Numbered from the stretch's first letter, positions 1-8,927 are shown. The stretch is 64,000 nucleotides of DNA from Thermodesulfovibrionales bacterium (GCA_049302065.1 JBAQLU010000202.1:254-64253); one strand, 5' to 3'. Notes: generated from the letters alone by a model not told the origin. Translations and numbers: made by a program.

Positions 1-114
1 GGTATTTTTGCTATGTGCACCTACAAGCAGAGAGAATCGTTTTATACAGCAATATTGCGAATTCCCGCTTATAATCTTCATTCTTGCAGGGATTCAGGAA
101 GCAAGAAAACCAGT

Positions 115-141
115 AAAAAAGGGCTTGGTTATTCCAAGCCC
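115..141 (-). terminator. Rho-independent terminator downstream of the 177-620 gene
   Basis: GGGCTTGG (121-128) / CCAAGCCC (134-141) hairpin with a 5-nt loop. On the minus strand it is followed by a T6 run (115-120). It lies 36 nt past the stop codon. Confidence 0.6.
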
Positions 142-176
142 CTTCTTATTCGTTAGTAAATAAATAAGGCCTTAAA

Positions 177-620
177 TCAATCTATAGGCTCTATAATACA
201 AGGAACTTTCATCCCTTGAACTGTGTATCTGGTGTTTTCAGTGCGTACTCCTTCACCTGTGAGCATCAATCCTTCGCCTATGGGTTGTAAGAAACCGGAT
301 TCATCTTCGCCACGGGCTATCCATGTCGTCCATCTGGGATTTCCATTAACAAATCCGGGATACCCGCTCGTATTAAACCATCCAGGACCGCCACCGAATA
401 AATAAAGATCATAGGAGGTCTCTGCATTGTCACTATACAATGAACCAGTACCGTCATTGTTAAGACACACTTCCCAGTAATCACTGTCCGTATTGCCATA
501 TTCATCAGTTGCAATAATGTCATAGCAAATCAATTGATCAATTGAACATTTAGCAAATGCCATATTAGTGACTAATAACAAGGCTGCAACTAAAATTGCC
601 AGTCTAACCGCTACTTTCAT
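177..620 (-). CDS. Secreted/periplasmic hypothetical protein
   Basis: Track ORF 177..647. A GGAGAG Shine-Dalgarno 7 nt before the ATG at 620 favours the shorter start. MKVAVRLAILVAALLLVTNMAFA is a classical signal peptide. No family recognised. Confidence 0.6.
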   Translation of the reverse strand: MKVAVRLAILVAALLLVTNMAFAKCSIDQLICYDIIATDEYGNTDSDYWEVCLNNDGTGSLYSDNAETSYDLYLFGGGPGWFNTSGYPGFVNGNPRWTTWIARGEDESGFLQPIGEGLMLTGEGVRTENTRYTVQGMKVPCIIEPID

Positions 621-850
621 TTCTTTACTCTCCTTTCTTTTTTGCAAGATTTATCAAAATTACATAATTTGTGCAATGCACAAAAACTTTGTAAATTAAA
701 GCACACAAGGATGCCTTTGTCAATGAAATAGAATGAAGACCACAGGAAACCTTATCTTATTGATTTCCATTTGTAATGAGGTATTTTAAGGCAGGATTCA
801 AACATCAACATTTCAGGAAGGAGTGTTGCCTAATACTTATGAAAGGTACT

Positions 851-1825
851 CTATTCTTTTCGTTCTCCCATAATGAGAACTGTCTCCGGTAGATACTTTA
901 TAACAATATTCTTAAACCCTGTTTCTGCCAACCAGCGTTTTATCTCTCTGGGACTATAACACCGTCCTTTTTCTGTTCCTACAAGCATGTTTACTGAAAA
1001 TAGTGCGCTATGGGGCGGAGTTGTCCTTGTCTCGTTGATGGGGAATTCCTGAACCACAACCCTGCCACCAGGATTAATAGCTGTTTTACATTTACGAAGG
1101 AGAGCGATGTTCTCTTCTGCGGAAAAGGCATGGAAGATCTGGCTCAACAGAATCAGATCATACCCGGAACCAATGCTGTCAACATGAAAGTCGCCGGCAA
1201 TGAATCTGATCCCTCTCACGCCCTCACGACGGGCGACTTTTTTGGCAATTTTAATTGTCTCAGGAAGGTCAAAGACGGTTGATTTTACCCCTTTCCTTGC
1301 CATGGCAATAGCGTTCGTGCCCGGTCCTCCTCCCAGGTCAAGCATTGTTTTTACACCTTTAAGTCCTAATGCTTTGGATAGACTTTCCGTGCGGAGTACA
1401 GTGAGGTTATGCATCCCCATGATGAATGACTCGTGATCAAAACCACGCCGTGCAGGGCCGCCTCTCCTGACCACTTCATCCAAAGCAGAAAAGTTCTGCC
1501 ACATGGTAGAAGCATGTTTGACGATATCTCCCTGGTAAAGATGGGAACCTTTTACCAGATAGCGATTGCTTACCGGAGCATTCCGGTACCTGCCCATTCT
1601 GCTCTTACTGACGAGTCCGATACCCGTAAGAGCATCAAGCAGTATCTCTGTTGCCCGCAAGTCAATTCTCAGCTTTCTTGCAATCTCCGTTGCAGATGAT
1701 GCCTTTTTTAGGTTGTCAAATATCCTGAGGTTATTTGCTGTTAATATAACCCTTGATGAGATGAATCCCATATAGAGCTTTCTCAGTCCTGCCAAATCAT
1801 CCGGCACCATTTTTATTCCTCCCAT
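851..1825 (-). CDS. Class I SAM-dependent O-methyltransferase with N-terminal winged-helix/dimerisation domain
   Basis: 324-aa ORF. It has the glycine-rich SAM loop DLGGGPGTNAIAMA, followed by FDLPE and AGDFH motifs. The N-terminal ~100 aa resemble the dimerisation domain of Methyltransf_2-type O-methyltransferases. Confidence 0.75.
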   Translation of the reverse strand: MGGIKMVPDDLAGLRKLYMGFISSRVILTANNLRIFDNLKKASSATEIARKLRIDLRATEILLDALTGIGLVSKSRMGRYRNAPVSNRYLVKGSHLYQGDIVKHASTMWQNFSALDEVVRRGGPARRGFDHESFIMGMHNLTVLRTESLSKALGLKGVKTMLDLGGGPGTNAIAMARKGVKSTVFDLPETIKIAKKVARREGVRGIRFIAGDFHVDSIGSGYDLILLSQIFHAFSAEENIALLRKCKTAINPGGRVVVQEFPINETRTTPPHSALFSVNMLVGTEKGRCYSPREIKRWLAETGFKNIVIKYLPETVLIMGERKE

Positions 1826-1919
1826 GTGATCAGTTATCCTTTGAATCCTATTATAAATAATCCGGCACGACGATTCTATAACTCTCAGGGAGATGGCAGA
1901 AATCTTCCTTAAATCTCGC

Positions 1920-1956
1920 TTGACTTAATTATGGGCATATGCCTATAATTAACCAA
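1920..1956 (+). promoter_or_regulatory. Sigma70-type promoter (TTGACT-N18-TATAAT) with an embedded 28-bp palindromic operator; predicted leaderless transcript
   Basis: -35 TTGACT at 1920-1925 and -10 TATAAT at 1944-1949. The ATG at 1956 is 7 nt past the -10 and has no SD. Palindrome TTAATTATGGGC-ATAT-GCCTATAATTAA spans 1925-1952 with 1 mismatch. It is a near copy of the promoter at 10832. Confidence 0.55.
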
Positions 1957-2519
1957 TGCCAAGACCGAAGAAATATAGCTGTATCAAATGCAAACCTGAT
2001 GCTACCTATTTTAAGCCGATAGGCATTATTCATTCCCCGTTCAAGGATGTGCGTGGTATGCCCATCCAGCCGGCAGGCGCCAAGGGTGTTGCGGGAACTA
2101 TAGAAATTGAACCAGACTATATTGATGGCCTCAGAGATATCGAAGGCTTTTCTCATATTATCCTCATTTATCATTTCCACCTCTCCGGCGCATATTCTCT
2201 CTTGGTGAAACCTTTCCTGGATGACACGCTACGCGGTGTTTTTTCGACAAGGGCGCCGAGACGGCCAAATTCTATAGGCGTATCCGTAGTCAGACTGACA
2301 AGGGTGGAGGGGTGCATGCTTTTCATTGAAGATGTGGATATCGCAGATGGTACGCCTCTGCTGGATATAAAGCCTTATGTGCCGGAATTCGATGATAGAA
2401 AAGACGTGCGGACAGGGTGGCTCGCTCACAAGGCAGATAACGTACAATCGGCAAAAGCGGATGAAAGGTTTGGAAGAACAAAAGATACGGTTCAACAGAA
2501 CTCAAATAAAGGAACATGA
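1956..2519 (+). CDS. TsaA/YaeB (TrmO)-family methyltransferase-fold protein carrying a DUF134-like N-terminal 21-aa module
   Basis: Family blocks PIGIIHSPF, GFSHIILIYHFH, RRPNSIGVSVVRL and GTPLLDIKPY. The first 21 aa, MPRPKKYSCIKCKPDATYFKP, mirror MPRPKKFRCVKCKPDTNYFKP of the DUF134 protein at 10866. The stop overlaps the next start (ATGA). Confidence 0.7.
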   Translation: MPRPKKYSCIKCKPDATYFKPIGIIHSPFKDVRGMPIQPAGAKGVAGTIEIEPDYIDGLRDIEGFSHIILIYHFHLSGAYSLLVKPFLDDTLRGVFSTRAPRRPNSIGVSVVRLTRVEGCMLFIEDVDIADGTPLLDIKPYVPEFDDRKDVRTGWLAHKADNVQSAKADERFGRTKDTVQQNSNKGT

Positions 2520-3853
2520 TTCAGTCAATTACGACAAAAATTATTTTGGACAGTATTGCAGACGGGGTGTTTACTGTTGACGGAGATTGGAATATAACCT
2601 CTTTTAACCGGGCTGCCGAGCGAATAACAGGCATAACTTTCCAAAAGGCGATCGGCCAGAAATGCTTTGATGTTTTTCACGCCAATATTTGTCAGACGGC
2701 GTGTGCGTTGCGAGAGACGCTGAAGACCGGCAAAGAGATCATAGACCGGACGGTGAATATCCTTAACCATGAAGGAAAAGTTATTCCGGTCTCCATCAGC
2801 ACCGCTGTCTTGAAAGACGAAAGACGCAACATTATAGGCGGGGTGGAGACATTCAGGGATCTCTCAGCGTTGGAGGCTCTGAAAAAAGAAATCTCACGTC
2901 AATATTCAGTCGATGATATTATCAGCAAGAATCATAAAATCCAGGAGATTTTCGATATCCTTCAGGACATTGCTGAGAGTGAAAGCACTGTCCTGATTCA
3001 TGGAGAAAGCGGCACCGGCAAAGAACTTTTTGCCAGGGCAATCCATAATCTCAGCAGACGGAAAAAGTTCCCGTTTGTCGCAATAAATTGCGGAGCACTG
3101 CCTGACAACCTCCTGGAATCAGAACTCTTTGGATATAAAAAAGGCGCTTTTACCGATGCCAGAAAAGATAAGCCGGGTCGCTTTGCTATTGCTGAAGGTG
3201 GCACTATTTTTTTAGATGAAATCGGGGACCTCCCGCTTTTCCTTCAGGCCAAGCTTCTCCGTGTCCTGCAGGAGAAAGAGTATGAACCCCTGGGCGCTAT
3301 AAGCCCTGTAAAAGCAAATGTGCGTATCATTGCGGCCACAAATAAGAATCTTCAGTCGATGATTACCCAGGAAAAATTCAGAGAAGATCTTTTCTATCGC
3401 CTCAATATCGTAAAATTGGAACTCCCGCCACTTCGGGGCAGGAAAGAGGACATCCCTCTCCTTGTTGAGCACGTGATAAAAAAATTGAACCTGAAAAAAG
3501 GCAGGAATATAACGGGAATCTCGGACAGTGCACTACAGCTTTTTATGACCTATGATTTCCCTGGTAATATCAGGGAGCTTGAAAATCTTTTGGAGCATGC
3601 TTTTGTTATGTGCCGGAGCGGGGAGATCGGAAGCGGGCATCTGCCCGTGGAATTTCGAGATGCGGTAACAGTACCAAAAACCTCCGAAAATAATATCTCG
3701 TTGCGAGGCCGTTTCAAGGAATCCGAAGCAGAAATCGTCAGGGACACGTTAAAGAGGAACCATGGTCACCGTGGTCAAACGGCCAGAGAACTGGGGATAG
3801 ATTCAAGCACGCTCTGGAGGAAAATGAAACGGCTTGGCATAACGGACACGTAA
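2516..3853 (+). CDS. Sigma54-dependent transcriptional activator (PAS - AAA+ - Fis-type HTH)
   Basis: 445 aa. N-terminal PAS domain, Walker A GESGTGKE and Walker B TIFLDEIG. The sigma54-contact loop reads GAFTDA (canonical GAFTGA). C-terminal HTH TARELGIDSSTLWRKMKRLGI. Confidence 0.9.
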   Translation: MIQSITTKIILDSIADGVFTVDGDWNITSFNRAAERITGITFQKAIGQKCFDVFHANICQTACALRETLKTGKEIIDRTVNILNHEGKVIPVSISTAVLKDERRNIIGGVETFRDLSALEALKKEISRQYSVDDIISKNHKIQEIFDILQDIAESESTVLIHGESGTGKELFARAIHNLSRRKKFPFVAINCGALPDNLLESELFGYKKGAFTDARKDKPGRFAIAEGGTIFLDEIGDLPLFLQAKLLRVLQEKEYEPLGAISPVKANVRIIAATNKNLQSMITQEKFREDLFYRLNIVKLELPPLRGRKEDIPLLVEHVIKKLNLKKGRNITGISDSALQLFMTYDFPGNIRELENLLEHAFVMCRSGEIGSGHLPVEFRDAVTVPKTSENNISLRGRFKESEAEIVRDTLKRNHGHRGQTARELGIDSSTLWRKMKRLGITDT

Positions 3854-3860
3854 TAATTTT

Positions 3861-3901
3861 ATATTGCAATCCTGCATTGTCTCTTTGCAAGACATTGCAT
3901 T
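3861..3901. promoter_or_regulatory. Putative enhancer (UAS) for the sigma54 promoter at 3984
   Basis: ATATTGCAAT (3861-3870) plus the imperfect palindrome TTTGCAAG-AC-ATTGCATT (3884-3901). This is the same motif as at 8780-8816. Its centre lies about 93 bp upstream of the -24 GG. Confidence 0.5.
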
Positions 3902-3983
3902 TTAGCAGTATATTACTCAGCTTAAAATTGTTTCGTCAACTTAACCTTTTGATTTAGTTGGCTTATTTCGCTTAATCCCCATC

Positions 3984-3999
3984 TGGTATTTTTTTTGCT
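3984..3999 (+). promoter_or_regulatory. Sigma54 (-24/-12) promoter
   Basis: TGGTAT-TTTTT-TTGCT, with GG-N10-GC spacing exact. Intergenic and oriented toward the mrp/apbC-like gene. The conserved positions match the site at 8898. Confidence 0.6.
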
Positions 4000-4039
4000 T
4001 TATTCGGAGAGATACATATGTGATTCCCTGTATTCCTGT

Positions 4040-4135
4040 CGCAGGGATCCCATTTAGTACCTCCCCCTTGATGGAGAAACGAGGGATAGAGGACCGGTTG
4101 TTCAGTTTTCCCCCTCCTCTATCACCTCCCCTCAA
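4040..4135. repeat. C-run/G-run hairpin-rich repeat in the 5' UTR of the mrp-like gene
   Basis: CCCCC/GGGG-type segments (ctcccccttgatgg..., ttttccccctcctctatcacctcccctcaaggg) related to elements at 5371, 12739 and 61758. Track ORF 3941..4135 (-) is just a translation of this repeat. Confidence 0.35.
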
Positions 4136-4207
4136 GGGCGGTAGTGTATTATCAATATGCCTTGAGCCTGCTGAAGGATATAAAAATAAATAGTAAGGAG
4201 CTATGCA

Positions 4208-5098
4208 ATGGACAACGTTAGTGAAGGAAAAGAAGCCGCGAACATTTGTTCGTCAAAAAAACGTATCAGCAAGGATGATATCGAGGAACTTAAAGAGAAG
4301 CTTATGCTTGAGCAAAACCTTTGCGATGTAGACCATAAGATAATGGTCATGTCAGGTAAAGGCGGAGTAGGCAAGAGTTCTATTGCCGCGAATATCGCTG
4401 TCGGTCTTTCCCTGAAAGGGAAACAGGTCGGACTCATGGACATTGATATCCACGGACCGAGTATCCCGAAGATGGTCGGGCTTGAAGGGACACCGCTGAA
4501 ACAGTCTGAGGAAGGAATGATGCCTGTTGAATACAGCAATAATCTGAAAGTCATGTCTATCGGATTCCTGATCCGCGACAAGAAAGATGCGGTCATATGG
4601 AGGGCGCCGCTCAAGCACAGCATCATCAGGCAGTTTTTGACCGATGTCAGATGGGGAGATCTCGATTATCTTATTATTGATTGCCCGCCTGGGACCGGAG
4701 ACGAACTCATTTCGATAGCCCAGCTCCTTGAAGGAGCAGATGGCGCCGTTATTGTGACCACTCCTCAGGATGTTGCGCTCAACGATGTCAGGAAATCAAT
4801 TTCTTTCTGCCGTCACGTTGAGGTGCCTATTATCGGCGTAATAGAAAATATGAGCGGTTTTGTCTGTCCGCATTGCGGTATGTCTACTGATATTTTCAAA
4901 ACGGGCGGGGGAGAAAAAATGGCTTCGGAAATGGAAGTCCCTTTTTTGGGAAGGATACCGATCGACGCGAAAATAGTCGAACACAGTGATAGCGGAAGAC
5001 CTTTCTTACAATATGTTTCCGACTCTGAAACAGCGAAGGCGTTTGAATCCGTCATAGGCCCTCTTTTAAACCTGAACAAAGAGAAGGAGAGAAAATAA
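4208..5098 (+). CDS. Mrp/NBP35/ApbC-family Fe-S cluster carrier ATPase
   Basis: Deviant Walker A VMSGKGGVGKSS, DCPPGTGDE, and the CPHCG cluster-ligand motif. AAGGAG SD 7 nt upstream. Confidence 0.9.
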   Translation: MDNVSEGKEAANICSSKKRISKDDIEELKEKLMLEQNLCDVDHKIMVMSGKGGVGKSSIAANIAVGLSLKGKQVGLMDIDIHGPSIPKMVGLEGTPLKQSEEGMMPVEYSNNLKVMSIGFLIRDKKDAVIWRAPLKHSIIRQFLTDVRWGDLDYLIIDCPPGTGDELISIAQLLEGADGAVIVTTPQDVALNDVRKSISFCRHVEVPIIGVIENMSGFVCPHCGMSTDIFKTGGGEKMASEMEVPFLGRIPIDAKIVEHSDSGRPFLQYVSDSETAKAFESVIGPLLNLNKEKERK

Positions 5099-5099
5099 A

Positions 5100-5348
5100 G
5101 TGCCGATCTATGAATATCTTTGTGATGACTGCGGCAGGCGATTCGAGATAAACCAGTCGATGCGCGATCTTCCGATTGAAATATGTCCTGAATGCAAGGG
5201 AACTGTACGGAGGATCATTTCAGGAGGAAGCGGCTTTATTTTAAAGAGCCCCGGTTCCGAACCCCCTCTTCAGCCGCGCTGCGGGAAGAGCGAAACCTGC
5301 TGTGGCAGCAAAACACCCTGTGAGACGCCTTCCTGTGAATCCGGATAA
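5100..5348 (+). CDS. FmdB-family zinc-ribbon protein
   Basis: MPIYEYLCDDCGRRFE...CPECKG is the family signature. Cys-rich C-terminal tail. GTG start 1 nt after the mrp stop. Confidence 0.8.
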   Translation: MPIYEYLCDDCGRRFEINQSMRDLPIEICPECKGTVRRIISGGSGFILKSPGSEPPLQPRCGKSETCCGSKTPCETPSCESG

Positions 5349-5370
5349 TGGGATTAAGATAATTACTTTT

Positions 5371-5388
5371 CCCCTCTATCAAGAGGGG
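5371..5388. repeat. CCCCTCT-N4-AGAGGGG hairpin repeat (possible terminator after the FmdB-like gene)
   Basis: Perfect 7-bp stem. The same stem sequence recurs at 61758-61773. Confidence 0.5.
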
Positions 5389-5856
5389 ATTAAGGAGTGT
5401 GTTCCCGGCAGCAGTAGATGCAAGACTTCACCCTGTAAGGAATAAGCTCTTATTACGGCTAACACAAAGAAAGAGAGAATCTGAGGTATTCAAAATGTGT
5501 CTCACTTTCTCCCTAAAGTTGACAGGGCAGACACATCATCCGAAATTTTAAATACACCTGAAAACCCTCAGGTAGCGTGACATGCAACTTGTGCGGTTTT
5601 CCGGCACAAACCGACAGTCGTGCCGAGAACGGCGCCCACAGCATAAACCTCCATTCTCTTTGGCGCGGCGTGGGACGATGCCGTCTTGACACAACAGAAA
5701 ATAATCCTTGTCTTCCATAGGCATAACGAATTATCATTAAGCACTTTTTTGACTCGAAGAGGTCGGATAGACAGTGATAGCCCAAGCCGTTAATTTGATG
5801 AACTTCCTGAAGGGGCCGAAGCAGTTCATTATTCCCATCGTATTCAAGGCGGGTAG

Positions 5857-6545
5857 ATGAAAGAACTTATTCCCGTCGAAATAATCGAGAAAAAATCTAT
5901 CTGATTCGAGGCCACAAGGTCATGCTTGACAGCGATCTTGCCGAACTTTACGGCGTGGAAACGAAGCGACTCAATGAACAGGTTCACAGGAATCTAAAGC
6001 GATTTCCGGATGATTTCATGTTTCAGCTTACAGAGGAAGAAGCGGAATCTCTAAGGTCGCATTTTGCGACCTTAAAAAGCGGCAGGGGAAGACATCGAAA
6101 ATACTTACCCTATGCTTTTACCGAGCAGGGCGTTTCTATGCTCTCAAGTGTGTTGAACAGCGATCTGGCAATTGAGGTAAATGTCCAGATCATACGGACG
6201 TTTGTGAAGCTCCGCGAGATGCTGGAGCTTTTTAATCAATTCAGAGAGCGGGTCTTGAATCTCGATTCTTCCGTAACCGAGGAAATCCTGAAGCTTTATA
6301 TAGCGTACAAATCCTCAACGAACTTTGTTGATGTTGTGCCCCAGAAAAGCAGGTTGAGGCTCTCTATCAATATGCGTTTCAGCGAGATGGACGACCCGAA
6401 GGGTCTGTGCAAGGATGTGACGAATCTTGGCAGCTGGGGTAATGGAGACGTGGAGGACGGCCTCAGTTCAGCGGAGCAACTTGACGATGTAATGTATCTC
6501 GTTACTCAGTCGTTTGAGAAGAATCTGGATAATGAGGGGCAGTGA
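5857..6545 (+). pseudogene. Frameshifted, chimeric ORF6N (KilA-N-like) / DUF5655-like gene remnant
   Basis: ATG at 5857 gives MKELIPVEIIEKK, then a stop. The family sequence continues as IYLIRGHKVMLDSDLAELYGV in the next frame. The break is an A6 run (5890-5895) where A7 would restore the frame. The C-terminal half (YIAYKSSTNFVDVVPQKSRLRLSINM...DPKGL...WGNGD) resembles DUF5655 rather than an ORF6N C-terminus. Confidence 0.7.
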
Positions 6546-6762
6546 GGTTGATGAGAGGGGGAATTAAGTGATTGGAAAATGCAGAATGCAAGAAACAAGA
6601 CTTGACCCCACGCGTGCGTGGTGATAATCGATATAACAAATGTCATTGGAATCTCAGAGGTAAATGCTGAACAATGGGTGAATAGTCTGAAAGAAGCAGG
6701 TAAGCTTAAAGAAAGGCAATATAAGGAGAAAAAATATTATTCATGCCCTTTGGGGCGATAAA

Positions 6763-7512
6763 ATGGGAGGTATGAAGTCTGAAAGGTATGCAATCTTGAA
6801 TATGAAAATAACAGTCATATATGACAATAACTCTTATAAGGCAGGATTAGACGCCTCATGGGGTTTTTCCTGTTTTATAGAGGGAACTGAGAAAACTATA
6901 CTTTTTGATACCGGCAGTAACCCTTTTTTACTTTTGAGGAATATAAAGTGTTTGAAAATCGATCCTGGAGATATTGATTTGATTTTTCTTTCCCATATGC
7001 ATTGGGATCATATAGGTGGATTATATGGAATTATTGAAAATAACCCTGCTGTTACTGTTTTTCTGTTAGAATCTTTTTCCAAACGATATAAAGATGATAT
7101 TAAGAAATTTGGAACAAAAATATTTGAAGCCGGAAAACCTGTTAGAATCTGCAAGGATGTTTTTTCTACCGGTGAATTAGGGAAATCGATAAAAGAGCAA
7201 TCCTTGATTGTCCATACGAACAGAGGTTCAGTAGTGATAACCGGATGTGCGCATCCAGGCATTGTAACAATAATAAAAAAGGCAAAAGACATTATTAAGG
7301 ATGAAATATTATTGGTAATTGGTGGTTTTCATTTAGGAGCCGAAACTAAAATGGAAAAGATTGTCTCAAATATTAGGAAATTGGGTGTCCGATATGTCGG
7401 TCCCTGTCATTGTACAGGAGATAATGCAAAACAATTGTTCCAAAGAGTATATGGTGAAAATTCTATCCATGTAGGCGCAGGAAAAGTAATAAACATAAAT
7501 GATTTGAAATGA
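6763..7512 (+). CDS. MBL-fold metallo-hydrolase
   Basis: SHMHWDHIGG (HxHxDH) with later conserved His/Cys residues. The start is uncertain; MKITVIYDN at 6802 is an alternative. Confidence 0.8.
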   Translation: MGGMKSERYAILNMKITVIYDNNSYKAGLDASWGFSCFIEGTEKTILFDTGSNPFLLLRNIKCLKIDPGDIDLIFLSHMHWDHIGGLYGIIENNPAVTVFLLESFSKRYKDDIKKFGTKIFEAGKPVRICKDVFSTGELGKSIKEQSLIVHTNRGSVVITGCAHPGIVTIIKKAKDIIKDEILLVIGGFHLGAETKMEKIVSNIRKLGVRYVGPCHCTGDNAKQLFQRVYGENSIHVGAGKVININDLK

Positions 7513-7719
7513 AAACCTTGAATGAGATAGAAGATGGTATGAGTAACGGTAATCCTTGACGGTTTAGATGTGAGACAGCATTTTCATATTCTACAAACAA
7601 TCTTTCATAAACCAGAGGAAATAACCGCTTTGGAGCCTATAAGAGATGGATACGGAGAGGGCCTTTTTGTTGTACTTTCTGCTCAAAAAGAAGAAACAAT
7701 TTCAAGGAGGTAGTTCAAG

Positions 7720-8712
7720 TTGGTAAAGGACATCATCACGAAATCGTTAGACAGAAACATGCTCACCAAAGAAGAGATTGCTTTATTATTTAAGGTTCCC
7801 CTGTTCTCTGAAGAATCGGCGATGATCATTGCAGCATCCCGAAAAAAGAGCGAGTCAGCAAGCAGCGGGTTAGCTGAAGTTCATGCACAGGTGGGATTAA
7901 ATATAGCCCCATGTCCCAAGAACTGTGCTTTCTGTTCTTTCGCAGTCAGAAATAAGGTTTTCACTGAAAAGATTGAGATTTCGGTCGATGAAGCTGTTCA
8001 AAAAGCACAGCAGTTCGAAACCGATGGAGCAAATGCTGTTTTTGTTATGAGCACAGCGGATTATCCATTTGAAAAGTTTATCGATATTTCCCAGGAAATC
8101 AGAAAATCTCTTCATTCAGAAACAATACTTGTTGCAAATGTCGGTGATTTCACCAAAGAACAGGCAAGAAAATTGAAAGATACCGGGTTCTCTGGCATTT
8201 ATCATGCTGTTCGACTGGGCGAAGGAAAAGATACGAACATCCAGGTTGAAACAAGGCTGGAGACATTTAGAAATGCAAGAGAAGTCGGTTTGTCATTAGG
8301 AACGTGTGTAGAACCGGTTGGGAATGAACACAGCGTTGAGGAGTTAGTCGAAAAAACGATCATCACCCGTGATGCGAAACCTGTATACAGTGGTTCAGCA
8401 AGACGCATACCCATCCCTAATACCCAAATGGCGGAATACGGCATTGTCAGCGAGGCCAGGATGGCGCATATACTTGCTGTTGTGAGATTGGCGCTTGGAT
8501 ATGATATCCCAGGGAACTGTACTCATGAACCTAATGTCATAGGAGCAGCAGCCGGAGCGAATCTCTTGTGGGCTGAGGCTGGATCTAACCCCCGTGATAC
8601 GGAGAAGGAAACGGAAGGCAAACGTGGCATGACTGTAAGGGATTGTATGAAAGTATTAGAAGAAGCAGAATGGAAGGCGCTACAAGGTCCGTCAAAATTT
8701 TATGGAGCATAG
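7720..8712 (+). CDS. Radical SAM protein (BioB/HydE-like subgroup)
   Basis: CPKNCAFCSF (CxxxCxxC) near residue 65 and a TIM-barrel-length body. TTG start with an AAGGAGG SD 9 nt upstream. Confidence 0.8.
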   Translation: MVKDIITKSLDRNMLTKEEIALLFKVPLFSEESAMIIAASRKKSESASSGLAEVHAQVGLNIAPCPKNCAFCSFAVRNKVFTEKIEISVDEAVQKAQQFETDGANAVFVMSTADYPFEKFIDISQEIRKSLHSETILVANVGDFTKEQARKLKDTGFSGIYHAVRLGEGKDTNIQVETRLETFRNAREVGLSLGTCVEPVGNEHSVEELVEKTIITRDAKPVYSGSARRIPIPNTQMAEYGIVSEARMAHILAVVRLALGYDIPGNCTHEPNVIGAAAGANLLWAEAGSNPRDTEKETEGKRGMTVRDCMKVLEEAEWKALQGPSKFYGA

Positions 8713-8779
8713 ATTCTTTATTACAATAGCTAATCATCTCACCCTTACTTTTTAAATAATCGCACGTCAGGTTTATTGT

Positions 8780-8816
8780 GATATTGCATTCTATATTTGC
8801 AATACATTGCAAATAT
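8780..8816. promoter_or_regulatory. Putative enhancer (UAS): 24-bp perfect palindrome plus a half-site
   Basis: ATATTTGCAAT-AC-ATTGCAAATAT at 8793-8816 (11-2-11, perfect), preceded by the half-site ATATTGCAT (8781-8789). The centre lies about 95 bp upstream of the -24 GG at 8899. Confidence 0.55.
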
Positions 8817-8897
8817 GCAGTAGGTGATTTTTTATCCGCAAACATCCTCTATACGCTAACGTTTTGATTAATCTGCATATTTCAAATTATTCCTTCC

Positions 8898-8913
8898 TGG
8901 TATATTGTTTGCT
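8898..8913 (+). promoter_or_regulatory. Sigma54 (-24/-12) promoter
   Basis: TGGTAT-ATTGT-TTGCT with exact GG-N10-GC spacing, intergenic. The predicted TSS (about 8923-8926) falls almost on the ATG at 8928, so the mRNA would be nearly leaderless. Confidence 0.6.
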
Positions 8914-8927
8914 TTATGTATTTTGTT

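Noticed and set aside
1870-1890. CGGCACGACGATTCT as a possible sigma54 promoter
   Set aside because: The -12 element is TTCT rather than TTGC, there is no upstream palindrome, and a good sigma70 promoter follows.
3941-4135. 64-aa minus-strand ORF
   Set aside because: It is the translation of the C-run/G-run repeat in the mrp leader. No SD, and a repeat-derived Gly/Arg-rich peptide.
4201-4626. 141-aa minus-strand ORF
   Set aside because: Antisense to the Mrp/ApbC gene.
5513-5785. 90-aa minus-strand ORF in the GC-richer spacer
   Set aside because: No SD, odd composition, no family resemblance. Treated as non-coding remnant DNA. I also looked for tRNA/tmRNA-like features here and saw none.
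7540-7713. Possible ~48-aa GTG-initiated ORF (VRQHFHILQTIFHKPEEITALEPIRDGYGEGLFVVLSAQKEE...) between the MBL and radical-SAM genes
   Set aside because: No SD and no family recognised. It could be a gene fragment, and the evidence is insufficient to call it.
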